Below are positions 41,501-54,292 of a DNA stretch of 64,000 nucleotides, one piece after another. The stretch lies in the NCBI RefSeq assembly GCF_048593235.1, contig NC_133618.1:494469675-494533674 (forward strand), read 5' to 3'. A program made the position numbers and the translations under genes. This DNA comes from Sminthopsis crassicaudata (Eukaryota). Positions within the stretch are counted from its first letter, which is position 1, and each line of letters starts with the position of its first letter. The notes below the pieces were generated by a model that was given only the letters and a program-made list of their open reading frames with translations, did not search any database and was not told where the DNA came from.

Positions 41501-44500
41501 GAAACAAATGAGGGAGATGAGGTGAAGGTTTTCACACAATTCAGTTGGATTCGAGGGGCAGTACTGGTGAGAATCCCAAATGTTTTAATTAACTGGGGAG
41601 AAGAGATAGTCAAGAAGATTAATATTCACCATTGACTTTGTGTGATACATTGTTTCAAATAACAAAAAAATTTTATGCAGTATACAAATACCACTAAATA
41701 TAGAATTAACCTTTGATCCCCCAGTCCCTGAAAATAGGTATGGAAAACAATTTTTAAAAAAGAGAGATATTATTAGTGGTGGTACAGATTATGTTACACT
41801 TGAATAATTTTCTGTTTGTTAAAAGAAAGGAAACATAAATACTTAACTTGAAATGTTAATAGCAACATTGTCAATTATGTTCGGTGTAAATTTTGTACTG
41901 GGATTATACCTCATTTTACAGATGGGGAAACTGATCTATACAACAGTTTAGCCAAGGCCACAATGACAATGTAACCAGTGGCTGCTAGTCTAACTGCTCT
42001 GAGCAAAAATGAAGTCTTGACTACTGATCTTGAACAATCACTTTTATCTATTCTCTACTAGGTGGAAACCAAAATCCTGTGAACCAATTCGGAGAGAGGG
42101 TCCTAAGGTATATTATTTGACTATGACATTATTATGACATTAGTAGGTCCCCAACGACCCTGGAGAGTTACTTTCTGTCTGCTATATATCAGGAAAAGGG
42201 GGAGAATCTTGTCTTCCTCTGTGGGTATCCCGATTTCTGAGGTGAATCAACAGTTCTTGTTTTTATTACAAATTGCTTTTTTCAAAAGAAATTTGAGATA
42301 CAGGGAGCAGGGGTATTGGTGTAATCATTTTGTAAGTTAGTAAAATCATGAAAGGAGAAGTCAGTTGACTTTCTGTGATTTATTTCAATTCTCATTGATG
42401 TTCTTCTGAAGAGGAATGTTATCTCTTACTTTTATCTATAAACTAGGAGTCTTTACATCTAGCTACAAGCTGCCTGCTATTGTTCATCTTTTGTCCACTG
42501 AAACTAAATTCCTTGAGGACAAGAAACCAAAATATTTATGAATCCTTATTCACAGAGCTGGGCATGTGGTAAATGATCAGAATATACCTGTTGAGTAAGT
42601 GTTTAAAAAGTAACAACCATTTCAGAAAGAACCATAGACCTCAAGTGAAGATGACCTTGCCTTCAAATGCCAGCACAATTAAGCAACTAATTAAAGTTGG
42701 ACTCTATCTAAATTACCTTTTAGTACTAAAGAGAACACTTGATCCACCTTATCTCACATTGTTTTAGAAGGAGTTTTCCTCTTACCTTTTGAAAGTAGCC
42801 TTCAGCTAGAAATATCAAGCATTCACCTCTTCTTTGATTCAAGAAGCACCAAAACTTAATGAAAAGATCACTGGATGTGGATTCCAGTTTTCAACTTGGC
42901 CACTTTGTAGCTGTGTGACTGACCAAATCATTTCTTGGTTCTAAGCTTCAATTTCTTTATCCACAAAATATGGACAGTGATAACACTTATACCTTCCTGC
43001 TTCAAAAACATGTGATAAAAACAGAGGATGTTGTAATTAACTAATTAGAGGTCAAGGTGGCATTTGTGGTTCTGCCCAACCTGCTTACCTTCTACTTCTC
43101 TGCTCTTTACACAGTGGGACCCAGCTCGGCTGAATGAATCCACCACCTTTGTGCTGGGCTCTAGGGCCAACAAGTAAGAAGTTGGACTCTGACACTTGTG
43201 GGAGGGGGGGTGGCACAAGGGTCCCACAACTGTCACCCTGCTGGGAAAACCCTGATTCAGTCCTCTATTGATTATTGTTTCAGGGCCCTTGGCATGGGAG
43301 GCACTAGAGGGAGGATCTATATCAAGCACCCACATCTTTTTAAGGTGAGTGGCATAACTTCCCCAGAACATTCCCTTCTGGAGTAGGAAGGAACAGTTGT
43401 CAGGAAAGGTAGCCTAAAGGAGCTGCCCATGACCATCCTGTCCTGGCTGTGCAGGGCAGAGAAAACTGAGTGGGAAATAAAGAGGCATCTTCTAAGTCTC
43501 AGCATGGGAGCTTAGGCAAGCTGCTTCATACTCTGGGCCTCTGTTTCCTTATTTGTGAAATTCAACACTGGACAAGGTCCTATCTCTGATGTGCTAGAAT
43601 TTCTATGAAAATGTGAAGAGCCAGGGCCAACTTTTTCAGTCCACCACATGCCACAGCGGGTGTGCTTTTCTACTGCGTTCCTGCCCAATTTCCCTTCCTT
43701 AAAAGCTCATTCTCACCCAGACTCTCATTGTTATCATCTGTTCTCCCCTTTTCCTCCTTTCCTTCCCTCTATCTTCCCAATCCTATCTACAGTCTGGAAA
43801 GCTAGAATTCAGGTGAGAATCTGATGCCATCAGAAATGTGGGACAAAGGAAAAACTTAATTGTTTAGAAAATCTTTGTTATTTTGCTTTATTCTAATTGG
43901 GTTTTGTTTTGTTGTGAGTGGGATTATAAAAGGCTGAGGGAATCCTAGGGAAAGAATGAAAAAGATCAAGAGCTACAGGGTTGGCACTAGCATCACCTCA
44001 TAGGAGATACACTCACCAATACATGGTAAGTTCATGCTCCCATAGAAATCCAATAAGAATGGAAAGGCAGCCTAGCCTGATGGTGCAAAAAGAAAAATGC
44101 AGAATTAAGAGATTAGTTCAGATCCTACTTCCCACTTTAGCTATATGGCTCTTTTATTTTTGAGCATCAGTTTCCTTATCACTAAAAATAGATTAATCCT
44201 ACTTACTCCAGCCATGTCATAAGAGTTGTAAGCTTTTTATGAAACTTAATATTATGGAAATAAGAATTTTTAAAAGCTAAGCATATCTCCCTTTTTAATC
44301 TTCTCGCCCAAACTATTTTTCCTCCAAATTTACTTCAAAGTTTCCTGTTTGTCCAAATTACTTTAGAAGAACACTTTACAAAGATAACAGTAAGGATTTG
44401 TTTGGACTTGGCATTTCTTAAGCACGGCAATCCAACCCACCTAGCCCTGACATACCTGAGAGGTTTACCACACCCTTAAACAGACATAGCCCATGACTTC

Positions 44501-46939
44501 ACCCTACCCCAAAGGATAGCCTGTTCTTGAAACCACTTGTGCTTTAAAAATTAATAGGGTTGAGGGAAGGATGTAGCCTTACCCCTAGGAGACTCTCTGC
44601 TTAAGAGGAGTTGATGGGGAACTACTGATGTAAAAGACCCAAGGATTGCCTGTGGCTACTTGAGACCAGGACAAGACTATCTTTCTCCATGAGATCTGCC
44701 AGAGGGAAAATGGCTTGGGGACATGGATCAGGAGAAGGTCAGACCAGGCTGAACTCTCTATCCTGTGGTTCCCTTCCCTACAGTATGCCGCTGACCCGCA
44801 GGACAAGCACTGGCTAGCAGAACAGCACCACATGAGGGCCACTGGTGGCAAAATGGTGAGTCTCCTCTCCATGGGCTGTTCTCCTGAGAAAGGATCCCTT
44901 GGGATCAGGGGTCAGGCTTTGTGGTGTTGAAAGAAAAGTTCATTTGTCAGGTGTGATATGGAGGATGGCAGGGAAGAGCTTCTGACCCTGACAAAGAAAC
45001 ACACGTCTTCAGCTTCCAGATTGTAAGTCTACAGGTCATCAATCTAGAGCTAAAAAAAAAAGACTTAGGAAATGATCTTATCTCATCCCCTCCTTTTACA
45101 GTTTACTAAAGCACAAAATGAAGATCAAAAGTGGGATTGGAACCCAGATCTTTTGTCTCTAGAATTAGTGCTCTTTTAACTATTGCATAAATGGCATAAT
45201 TCCACTCTTAAATTGTGGCTCTTTGTTGCTAGGTAACTTTAGACAAGTCACTTAACTTCTTGGAACCTCAGTTTCTTCGACTATAAAATATATTTCCTAT
45301 TTCATAAGATTGTTAGGAGGAAAGCTCTTTAAAAACCTTAAAATACTAAAGACCTACTTCATGCTATCTGCTTCATAAGGTTGTTAGGAAGAAAGCTCTT
45401 TGAAAACCTCAAAATACTAAAGAAACGAGAGCAGGAATACCTGCTATTTTACTGATATTGTGTTCGAGAGAAAATAAAAGTATCTTTGCTATTGAGGAAT
45501 TTAAATTCTTTTGAGGAAAACATCCTTATATAAGAGAATAGCAATAAAAATGATAGTCACCTCAGACACTTAATACTTCCTAGCTGTGTGACCCTGGGCA
45601 AGTCACTTAACCCCAATTGCCTCAGCCAAAAATAGAACAACAACAAACTCAGGAAGGAGGGGAGAATGGTCAGTGTTACATTTTACAAAGAGATTAAGTT
45701 GGATGAATACTGAGCAAAGGCCATCAAATTGCTGGTGAAGAGATATTTTGTAAGTTTGGAGAGAGCAGTTTCAGTTAGTTGATGTCAGAAGCCAAATTGC
45801 AAATAGTTAAGAAGTGAATGAGGAGAGGAAATAGAATTATCAAGTATAGCTACTTGATCTAGGAGTTAAGCTGTTAAAGAACGGAGAAAAATAACATCAA
45901 AGCTTGAGTGGGTGGCAGAGTCAGGTAAGGACATGTTATAATTTGGAGAGAAGAATCTAATAAATAGGGAAAGACTTGAAAATTAGAGAAAGTGGGATAT
46001 TCTATTTCCCTTACTTTTCCTAATTCTTCTAGACTCTCGGGGTTAGAAAGGACCTTAGAAGTCCATCCAGCCCCTATCTGAGGCATATCCTGAACAATTA
46101 ATAGCTTAAATCCCTCCTCTTGCAGGAAAGTTGCTACCTTTTGGAGAAACACATTTCACTTTCAAATAGCTAAAGTGTTTTGTTTTGTTTTTTTCTGAGG
46201 CTGTGGTTCAGTGACTTGCCCAGGGTCACACAGCTAGGAAGTGCTAAGTGTCTGAGACCAGATTTGAACTCAGGTCCTCCTGAATTCAAGGCTGGTGCTC
46301 TATCCACTGCACCACCTAGCTGCCCCATAGCTAAAGTATTTTAGAAAATATTCTTTATATTGAACATGGACCTCTAATACTCCACATTTGTATTATTGTT
46401 CCTTCTGGGGTCAAGAAGACTAAATCTAATTCTTCTTGCATATAACAGTCTATGTGACTTTTCTGTCCCCCAGTCTACCTGCTTTTGAGACTGGGCACGT
46501 CACTAGACTAAAGTTTCTCCCAAGCCTCCCTCTCTCATTCGGGAAGCAGTGAAGGAAACCTAAGACCCCTGGTAGCTTTGACCATTCTCCTTGCTTCTGT
46601 ATCTATAGGCCTATCTCCTTATTGAAGAGGACATTCGAGATCTAGCTGCTAGTGATGATTACAGGTGAGAAACCCCTAGTCCCAGCCACAAAATCCTCTT
46701 GTTGCTCCCAGTGGCAAATCCCTTTTCTAAACATGGTCCTTCATCTTTACTATCCTGTTCTTCTGTCCCTTTCCCTCTCACCCCCAACTCGTCTCCCCAG
46801 GGGCTGCCTGGATCTGAAGATGGAAGAATTAAAGCCTTTTGTTCCTCCTTCCTGGATGGCAGAGAAGATGAGGAAATACATGGAAACACTCAGGACTGAG
46901 AATGAACAGCGTCCTAATGAAGTGCCTCCTGAGACATGA
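26731..46939 (+). CDS. DNTTIP1: Deoxynucleotidyltransferase terminal-interacting protein 1 (MiDAC complex subunit), 13 coding exons, 329 aa
   Basis: Exons 26731-26835, 27011-27081, 28114-28210, 36963-37061, 40377-40445, 40742-40798, 41137-41195, 42062-42107, 43115-43173, 43284-43344, 44784-44855, 46609-46664, 46801-46939. All GT-AG, total 990 nt. Peptides NPWNIMIKHRQVQRRGRRSQ, FTDPAISMDLLRAVLQPSINEEIQ, RKGRPP (AT-hook), ALGMGGTRGRIYIKHPHLFKYAADPQDKHWL. AATAAA at 47197. Confidence 0.97.
28848..28876. repeat. (GATA)n microsatellite
   Basis: Direct reading. Confidence 0.9.
29556..29596. repeat. (CA)n microsatellite
   Basis: Direct reading. Confidence 0.9.
33027..33158 (-). mobile_element. Marsupial SINE (WSINE1-like)
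   Basis: Reverse SINE flanked by TSD ggtaaatcactttt. Confidence 0.85.
33720..35870 (-). mobile_element. LINE-2 fragment including RT-region remnants
   Basis: Minus ORF 34173..34619 reads LLNPLHSGFQIYYYTEITTSKVINDLLVVKSNGIFSILTPLDLSVVDDTVEH, a decayed L2/CR1-type RT motif (QSGF..HSTETAL.KV.NDLL...LDLSAAFDTVDH). Confidence 0.75.
35886..36058 (-). mobile_element. Marsupial SINE (WSINE1-like)
   Basis: Reverse SINE with a (gtt)n tail and TSD ggagtaaaagtgttg. Confidence 0.88.
36559..36720 (+). mobile_element. Marsupial SINE (WSINE1-like)
   Basis: ggggcagctaggtggcacaatggatagagcacc...ccccaattgcctcagc followed by a long A-tail. Confidence 0.9.
37600..38890 (-). mobile_element. LINE-1 3'-region fragments, reverse orientation
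   Basis: Reverse complements of the L1 3' UTR and ORF2 C-terminus seen elsewhere in the window. Boundaries approximate. Confidence 0.65.
39520..39665 (+). mobile_element. Marsupial SINE (WSINE1-like)
   Basis: ggggcagctaggtggtacaatggatagagcacc... Confidence 0.88.
46180..46327 (-). mobile_element. Marsupial SINE (WSINE1-like)
   Basis: Reverse SINE with TSD atagctaaagt. Confidence 0.88.
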
Positions 46940-48326
46940 TGCCTAGCTCCTTGGTTGTCCCTGAAACCTTCAAGTGTCCCTCAGACAGGACTCAAGGCCA
47001 GGTGCCCCCTCTTCTGACTTTTGGCACCTGCCTGGGGGAAGCTACACTGCTGCTCCTGAGCCTGTTCTCCAAGAACATCTTTTACACAGGGCCCAAACTG
47101 GTTTGCAGCTGGTTACTGTTCAGCGCCCCTAAAGAGGCATACTTGGTTTTGTGTTTTTGTGAATTTATTGGGTTGGAAAGCAGTTGAATGCTTTGTAATA
47201 AATACAGATGGTAGAACCTGCTGTGGAGACTAGTATATCTAAATGAGAGCAGCCAAATGCTCTAGAGAAAAGGTGGGTGTAGAAAGGAAGGCTGGTGGAG
47301 GCCCTAAGCTCTCAAGACTGAGACTATTACAATAGTAATACCAACTTACATTTCTATATTGCTTTACATTCATTCAATAAATATTTCTTAAGCACTCCCT
47401 ATTGGCAGAGCACTGTATAAGAGCTAAGGAAAATACATTTTTAAAATGCTCATCCTTTATAATCTTTATCTTACTTCAAGACTTAAAGTATCACTTTATC
47501 CATAGAGCCATCCTTGAGCCCCACCTTAATTAGGTTGATGGGGAACTACTCCCTCCTCAAATTACATGCTTTTCTATATTAGTAGCATGATACAGTGAAG
47601 TGACTACTGGACTTGGAATCATCAAGAACTAGGACTTAATACTTTAATACTAAATCATAGATAGGTCTCAGCACTTACCCATACTGTATTAATATCAAAG
47701 ATCCATCACTATTCATGTGTATCTCCCCATAGAGTATATAAAGTCTTTTAAGGCAAGGGTTTGGGTTTTTTGGTCTTTGTACTCCAGCACATTTTCTTAA
47801 CCATAATTGTGTAATTCATACACAGATAAAATCAAATTGCAGCTAATATTTGAGACATACAAAAGTCAAGAGCTGTGTCATGTTGAATATCCTTTGTGCA
47901 GTAGATAGTAGAAGTAGCATGTATTTCCATTTTACAGATGGGGAAACAGACTTGGAAAGATATAACTTGAAAGTGATAAGTGGGGCTCACACATCCTGAC
48001 TCGGAGATGCACTGTTCGAAATTGCAATAAGGCATGGCCTACTTTGTCTCTTCCCACTTCTATAAGAATGCAGGCTCAAGAGGGAAGGCAAATGGAGTGC
48101 TTTCTTACCTCAGCAACCTTTTGTAACTTATATACCCCAGACAATGGACAAACAATTGATTTCTAATTCTCCAATAGAGGACAGACACAGGACATCCAGA
48201 TGCAAGATCTTGATGGGCACATAGATCCATGGAATAATTGTGGGTATTGTGATGGGCTGCCTCACATTCTAATAAGAGGGTGATTCTGTGTTTTAGAAGT
48301 GGTAATTGAAGATGAGGCTATGAGTT

Positions 48327-48460
48327 GGGGTGGCATAGTGGGTAGAGCACCAGCCTTGAATTCAGGAGGACTGGAGTTTAAATGTGGTCTCAGCCACTTA
48401 ACACTTCCTAGCTGTGTGACCCTGGGCAAGTCACTTAACCCCAGCCTCAGGGAAAAAAAA
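48327..48460 (+). mobile_element. Marsupial SINE (WSINE1-like)
   Basis: ggggtggcatagtgggtagagcaccagccttgaattcaggagg followed later by an A-tail. Confidence 0.85.
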
Positions 48461-49225
48461 GAGCTAAGAGCCCCTCTTTCTCCTTCCTTGCTTCTTAATG
48501 GCCTAGACAGTACAGTGATGGCGGCGACCAAGGCAGCCATGGACAGGACTGTGGCCACATGGCCAACAGCCACCAGTGAAGACAAAACTTTTGGAAAATA
48601 TGATCAACACCTGAAGTATCTAGAAATGAAAGATATTGCAGTATACAAAAGTAGAAACCTAAAGGACTTAAACCAGAAATAGCACTTCAGCCTTATCTGG
48701 ATCAGATCACTTTGAGTAAGCAGCCTACAAATTGGATGCACGTTAAAAAAAAATTAGCAAAGTACAAGAAATTAGAGGCAATGAATTCTTTAGCACAGAC
48801 TAACTACAAGAATATTTCATAAGAGCTGAAATGCATGGGATGGAATTTATCAAACTTATATGCTTCTGTTCTATAAAGGGATGTGGTGCTGCTAATCTAA
48901 GGAGAATCCCAGCCTCCAACTTTGGTTGGATGTATAACTTGGGGTACCCCATGATACTTTGCTAAAACTACCTCCCATAACTTCATCTTATTATATATCC
49001 TGAACCAAGGCTCGGAAAACAGGATCAACCCTGTCTAGAGCAGACACAGGTGACAGGATCTGTTCTTCCGGCCTCCTCCCCCAGGGCTCCATCTTTGACT
49101 CTTTGTTGTAAATGTGCCCTCATCACTTTCATAACCTGTTCTTGAACTTGACTGATAAAGGCTGTTTGTAACCAAAAAGAAGCTCTGAAAAGGAGTCGAG
49201 AAACTGGAAAGACAAGACCTGATCT

Positions 49226-49490
49226 GTAATATTCTTCTCTAAAATGTAATCTCTTGTTGGGGTTTTCTTGGGGTCTCTGGAGGCAGCCTTTGTTTCAGTA
49301 CAGTAATCACCCTAAATGCAGCCAGATATTAAAGTCCAAATCCTTTATTGTCTCTTTCCTCGTCTTGTCTCCTTTCCTACAGCTGGTTAGCTGTCTTAGA
49401 AGCCTTCTGTTGTCTTGGTTCTGAGAGCTTGAGTTCTGGCTTCTGAATCTCCCCAACTGCCTTCTCTGGCTTCTGAATCTCCCCTCATTG
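49226..49490 (-). mobile_element. Probable LTR fragment
   Basis: Starts tgtaat, has AATAAA on the minus strand (ctttatt) and internal duplicated ttctggcttctgaatctcccc. No TSD found. Confidence 0.4.
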
Positions 49491-50779
49491 TCATTTGACA
49501 AGTCACTTGTTCCCATCTATATGAAATTAGTTTGGATGATCTCTTAAGTCCCATTTAAGTATGATGTTCTTTGCTTCTACAGGATGACCCTAAACATACT
49601 GAATATAGGTGGTAGATGAGAAACAGTTTACTCCTGCCATTAACTGACTATAGTCAGTTACTGGATAAGTTACCTTCCTTCTGGACTTCATTTAGTGTTC
49701 TCACCTGTAAGATGAGTTACCCACCTATCACTAGACTTCTTCAAAAGGAATTCAAATGACTAAATGATACACAGGTTTTTTTGGTTGGGGTTTTTTTGCT
49801 GCGCAGTGAGTTGATCTGTGATCCCTTACAACTGCCCTTCTGCAATGGTAGGGGGTCTTTAAAATCTTCATGCATATTTATATCATTCTTTTCTAATATT
49901 TGTAAGGCACTTTCCTCACAACCCCTGTTTAGTAGTATAAGTATGATGGACAGTTTACAGATGAGAAAAGTGCAAAGACATCTCGGATTACATAGTTTGT
50001 AAGTAAATAAGCCAGAATAGGAAAGCTAGTCGTCTGACTCCAGTTTCAGCACTATCCAGTATCATGCAGTCCTCCAGCTTAAAATCTAGGAGTCACAACT
50101 CTGGCAGATGAAAGTGTTGGGACTTTTCCAAGTGTTAACCGCCACTCAGTGTAAACGGAGAGACCACTTGCAAACAGCAAGGTGCAAATAAACTAAGTAC
50201 GGGGTAAAGTGTAGGGAATCGGAGGGAAGGCTCTAAGGAGGGATTTGGAAACGCCTCCGGTAGGTGAGATTTAGGTGAAGAAGCTTGCGGGCCTTGATGA
50301 GGAGGGAGAGAATTTCACGAAAGACGGAAAGCCACAAAAAAAAAAAAAAAATTCTGAGCCGAAATTGACCTTCTTGTCCGGGGAACGGCAAGGAGGCCAA
50401 TGTCTCTGGTTGGAAGGGTGGGACACGCTCCAAGCTCCCCCGTTCTGTGGGGAGTCCAGGCTCCAGTGCTGCCGGGTGAGCATCTCTAGAACGGGGAGGG
50501 CTGAGCAGGGCTTTCTTCCTCCCCAAGCCCACCGGGGTTCCCAGCCCTCTCCAGAATGAGTAGCGGTTTCGGGTGGACAGCGGGCGGGGCCTGCTGGGCA
50601 CGCAGCCTCAGGTGACCATTCAGGTCTTGGACGGGATCTTCCAGTTTCCTTTACTCCAGCTTCTCGGCTGTAGATTTAGGAGCCCAGGCTCAGGAAGTGT
50701 CCCAGCCAGACTTGTTTGAATTCACAGCTTTCCCACGTGTACTTTTCTGTGGCCCTTTAAGGATCGCGTTTCCCCGAAG

Positions 50780-51000
50780 GCCACCAATCACCTACGAATT
50801 CGTTACCTAGTGGACAGTTCCAGCAGCCAATCGACTTCTCAGGAACGAGCCCCCTCTGGCCAGTCCCGTTGTTCTAGTTGGGTGGGTTTACAAGTTTCTA
50901 GGTTACGAGGCACGTCGGAGCGGTCCATTGGCTGGATCAAACCCAAGCGTATCCCCGATTGGTGGAGGCCGCCGGAGGGTTACAATTCAAACGCGGGCGG
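50780..51000 (+). promoter_or_regulatory. UBE2C G2/M-type promoter: four CCAAT boxes and a CHR-like element
   Basis: CCAAT at 50784 and 50827, ATTGG at 50927 and 50958 (31 bp apart), TTCAAA at 50986-50991 (reverse CHR TTTGAA), all within a CpG island. Confidence 0.75.
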
Positions 51001-51062
51001 CGGGCCTGGAGCCCCGCAGTTGCCGCCAGGGAGTTTCTCTCTTCCTTTATCTCCGGTCCCCC

Positions 51063-53521
51063 ATGGCTTCCCAGAACCGCGACCCCGCTGCTGCCAGCGC
51101 TACCGCCGCCTCCCGCAAGGGGACCGAGCCTGGGGCGGGCGCGGCTCGCGGGTCCGTAGGCAAGAGGTGAGAGTTCCCGAAGCTCGGGGCCGAGGAAGCC
51201 GGAGAGCCTGCGGCCGGGAGGGAGGGAGGCGGGGGAGCGCACTGCCCCCCAGACGGAGGTCGGGCTGGAGCCTGGGGGGCTCGATGGGAGGAGGCCGGGG
51301 TAAGGCCCCCAGTTCTCGGTAACCGAAACTCCCCCCGCCCCTTCTCTGCAGGTTACAGCAGGAGTTGATGACCCTAATGGTGAGTAGGCACTCGCTGCCT
51401 ATTGGTCAGCCCCAGCAGCCCGGAGGCCCCCGCCTCCCGCTCAGCCCCCCACCATCGAGGCAAAGACCCGCTGAAAGCGACCTCGGCCTCCAGACCCGGG
51501 TTCTGTCTTTTACAGGGGGGACCTGGGAGGAATGTGGACTTTTACAACCACCGCTAACTTTGCCCCCCCCCCCGACTGGTCGCTGGACCTCCCACCCCCA
51601 GCTCTGCGCGTGCCCCTCTCCCACCCCCAAAAACGCCAAACCTGAGTGGGCCAGGTTGTCTTTTATTGGGGTCAGTTATAATCACAACAGTATGGCTTTA
51701 GGCTGCAGCCCTTTCACCCGCGGATTCTCCCCGCCGGAAGGCCTGGGAAGGAGCTTCGGGGCCATCTAAAGCCAGGCTCGGCAGCCCACCCCAGAAAATG
51801 CTTATTCTTCTCCGCAGATGTCGGGAGACAAAGGAATTTCTGCCTTCCCGGAGTCGGACAATCTCTTCAAATGGGTGGGAACCATCCACGGGGCAGCTGG
51901 GACGGTGAGCCTCTGGGACTGGAAGTGGGGGGGACCTGCGCAGTGTGCTCTGTATAACTGAACTAAGGGATTGGGTGAGAGGACGCCTGAGGGGTAGAGG
52001 AGAAAGCCCCACCCCCAAAAGTGAAGCTCTTATGTTTGTAACTCTGAGGCTTTCCTGACCATCTCTAACGCCCAGTGACCTCCGGAGGGCAAATGGTAAT
52101 AACGCAGTGTTGTGTACCGGAGGAAAGGGAGACAGGGCACTTTGGCTCCTGCCTTTTTTCCCTTTGGGCCAAAGTGCCTTCTGTAGCTTAGATGTCCCCT
52201 CAAGCTCAGTCCTGCTCCACTCACTTGTTTATTTGGATGTTTCTTCCTCAGGTATATGAAGACCTAAGGTACAAGCTGTCCTTGGAGTTTCCCAGCGGTT
52301 ACCCATATAATGCTCCCACTGTGAAATTTGTCACACCTTGTTACCATCCTAATGTGGACACCCAAGGCAATATCTGTTTGGACATCCTCAAGGACAAGTG
52401 GTCAGCGCTGTATGATGTCAGGACCATCCTACTATCCATCCAGAGCCTGCTGGGAGGTGATGCCTACTGTCTCTTTAGGCTTTCTTCTTTCTCTTCCCCG
52501 GCTCTCCCCTTCTCTTCCCCGGCTCTCCCCTCCTCTTCCCTCTGAGGTTTAAGATTATTACACTTTACTCTCTTTTCACCATCTTCTAACTCACAGAATG
52601 TCAGAAGCCATCTAGCTTAACCATTACTACACTTGTGAGCCTAATTTTTACAGAGCTCCAATTTCCTAGGCAGTTGTTTTTCTGGACTTCCCTTCTAACA
52701 TGTTGTTTCCACCTACAGAGCCCAACATTGATAGCCCATTGAACACACATGCTGCTGAACTTTGGACAAATCCCACAGGTAAATCCTCTGTTAAAACAAG
52801 AACAAACTTTTCCTTAGATGATTTAAAATGAAAACTTCTGTCCTACATAGATTAAACTCTTTGTCCTTGAGAACATTTAGGCAAATGGTGCTGTGGGTAA
52901 AATGATAACTCTTATCATAGTGGTATTCAAAGAGTAGCTATTGCAAAAATCCTAAGAGATCTTTTAACTAAAATATGTTCTTAAGTGAATGGGATAGAGG
53001 GAACCTTAGCAGAAGGAGCTTGTTGTGTATGGGAACAAACACTGAACTTTGGTTAAGAAGAGAATGAGGGGGCAGCTAGGTGGCACAGTGGATAGAGCAC
53101 CAGCCTTGAATTCAGGAGGACCCTAGTTCAAATCTGGTCTCAGACACTTAACACTTCCTAGCTGTGTGACTTTGGGCAAGTCACTTAACCCCAGCCTCAG
53201 GAAAAAAAAAAAGAGAGAGAGAGAATGAATTCTGCTAGCTTCTAGTTTGCCAGATTTGGAGCAAAAGCACTTCCCCTAGAAACGATTAGCATGGAAAGGA
53301 GTGGTCTAGGATCAAGGAAGAAATGGGAGAAAAATTAAAGGAAGGCTACCTCATTCTAAAATTATTAGATTTAATATTAACCCTTTGGGGTTTTGTCAGA
53401 ACACTGGCATGTCCCTGGAAACCCCCAGGCCAGTTGCTTACCTATTTATCTTCTCTCCCCAGCCTTTAAAAAGTACCTGCTGGAAACCTACATGAAGCAG
53501 GTGACTAGCCAAGAGCCCTGA
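51063..53521 (+). CDS. UBE2C: Ubiquitin-conjugating enzyme E2 C (UbcH10), 6 exons, 180 aa
   Basis: Exons 51063-51166, 51352-51379, 51818-51904, 52252-52456, 52719-52778, 53463-53521, total 543 nt. [10 protein letters not shown]...[11 protein letters not shown], catalytic [25 protein letters not shown] at 53706. Confidence 0.98.
53069..53212 (+). mobile_element. Marsupial SINE in UBE2C intron 5
   Basis: ggggcagctaggtggcacagtggatagagcacc with an A-tail and TSD gagaatga. Confidence 0.9.
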
Positions 53522-54292
53522 CCCTGGCTGCCCAGTCTGCCTTCCCTTCATCTTGTGTGTATGTGTATGTGTGTATGTGTGTGTATCTTTTTCTCTTCCT
53601 CATAATGTCTTCTATCTCTTTTCTTCTGTACAGGACTCTGTATCATAGACTTTTCCTTTTTTTTTCCCTCTTAAACTCTAGACTAGTCCTCAATATTAAT
53701 GTATAAATAAATTTTGGTTTGTTTTTTTTTTTTGTTTTGTTTTTAAAGCTGTTGCTGTGTTGTTTGGCTCTCTTTGGCGGAAGGATGGGGAACTGATGAG
53801 CTGTAAACTGAACCTCATTATAGAGGAAACAATTCCCTGGGGTCTGAGCTAGTCTCTCTAGCAAGCAGTGTACAATGTCAGAGCTAGATAGGACATTAGA
53901 ACATAGGCCATGGAATATTTTGAATTAGAAGGAATCCTGGAGCTGGATTAACTAGCTGATCCAAACCACTTTTCTGTCACAGATGGGAAAATGGAGAACT
54001 AGACATAGCTAAATCAGTGGACCAGAAATTGAGTCTTTTACAATGTAGTTTTGTTCCTTCATCATTATCCTACCTTCCAGCTGTTTTATATTTGTAGTTG
54101 CACTTGAGCCTTATTCTTGAAAATAGTTCCTTCTTATAATGCCCCCTGCTTTGCCCTCCTGGGATTTGAACTGGGAAAGAATATGACTTAGCAACCTTAC
54201 ATTGAAGTGGTTCCCTGGTGTAGAAGACTGACATCTGCTGACTTCTCAAGGGGAAAGGGGAGAGATGTTCCTGTAGTAGGCTACATTCAGCT

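Noticed and set aside
44182-44191. Perfect MEF2-like CTAAAAATAG
   Set aside because: Single AT-rich motif within MIR-like sequence, far from TNNC2, and expected by chance.
45302-45423. ~50-bp tandem duplication in a DNTTIP1 intron
   Set aside because: Duplicated tail of an old MIR-type SINE, which is common and uninformative.
50233-52018. Overlapping ORFs around the UBE2C 5' end
   Set aside because: CpG-island shadow ORFs that cross real introns.
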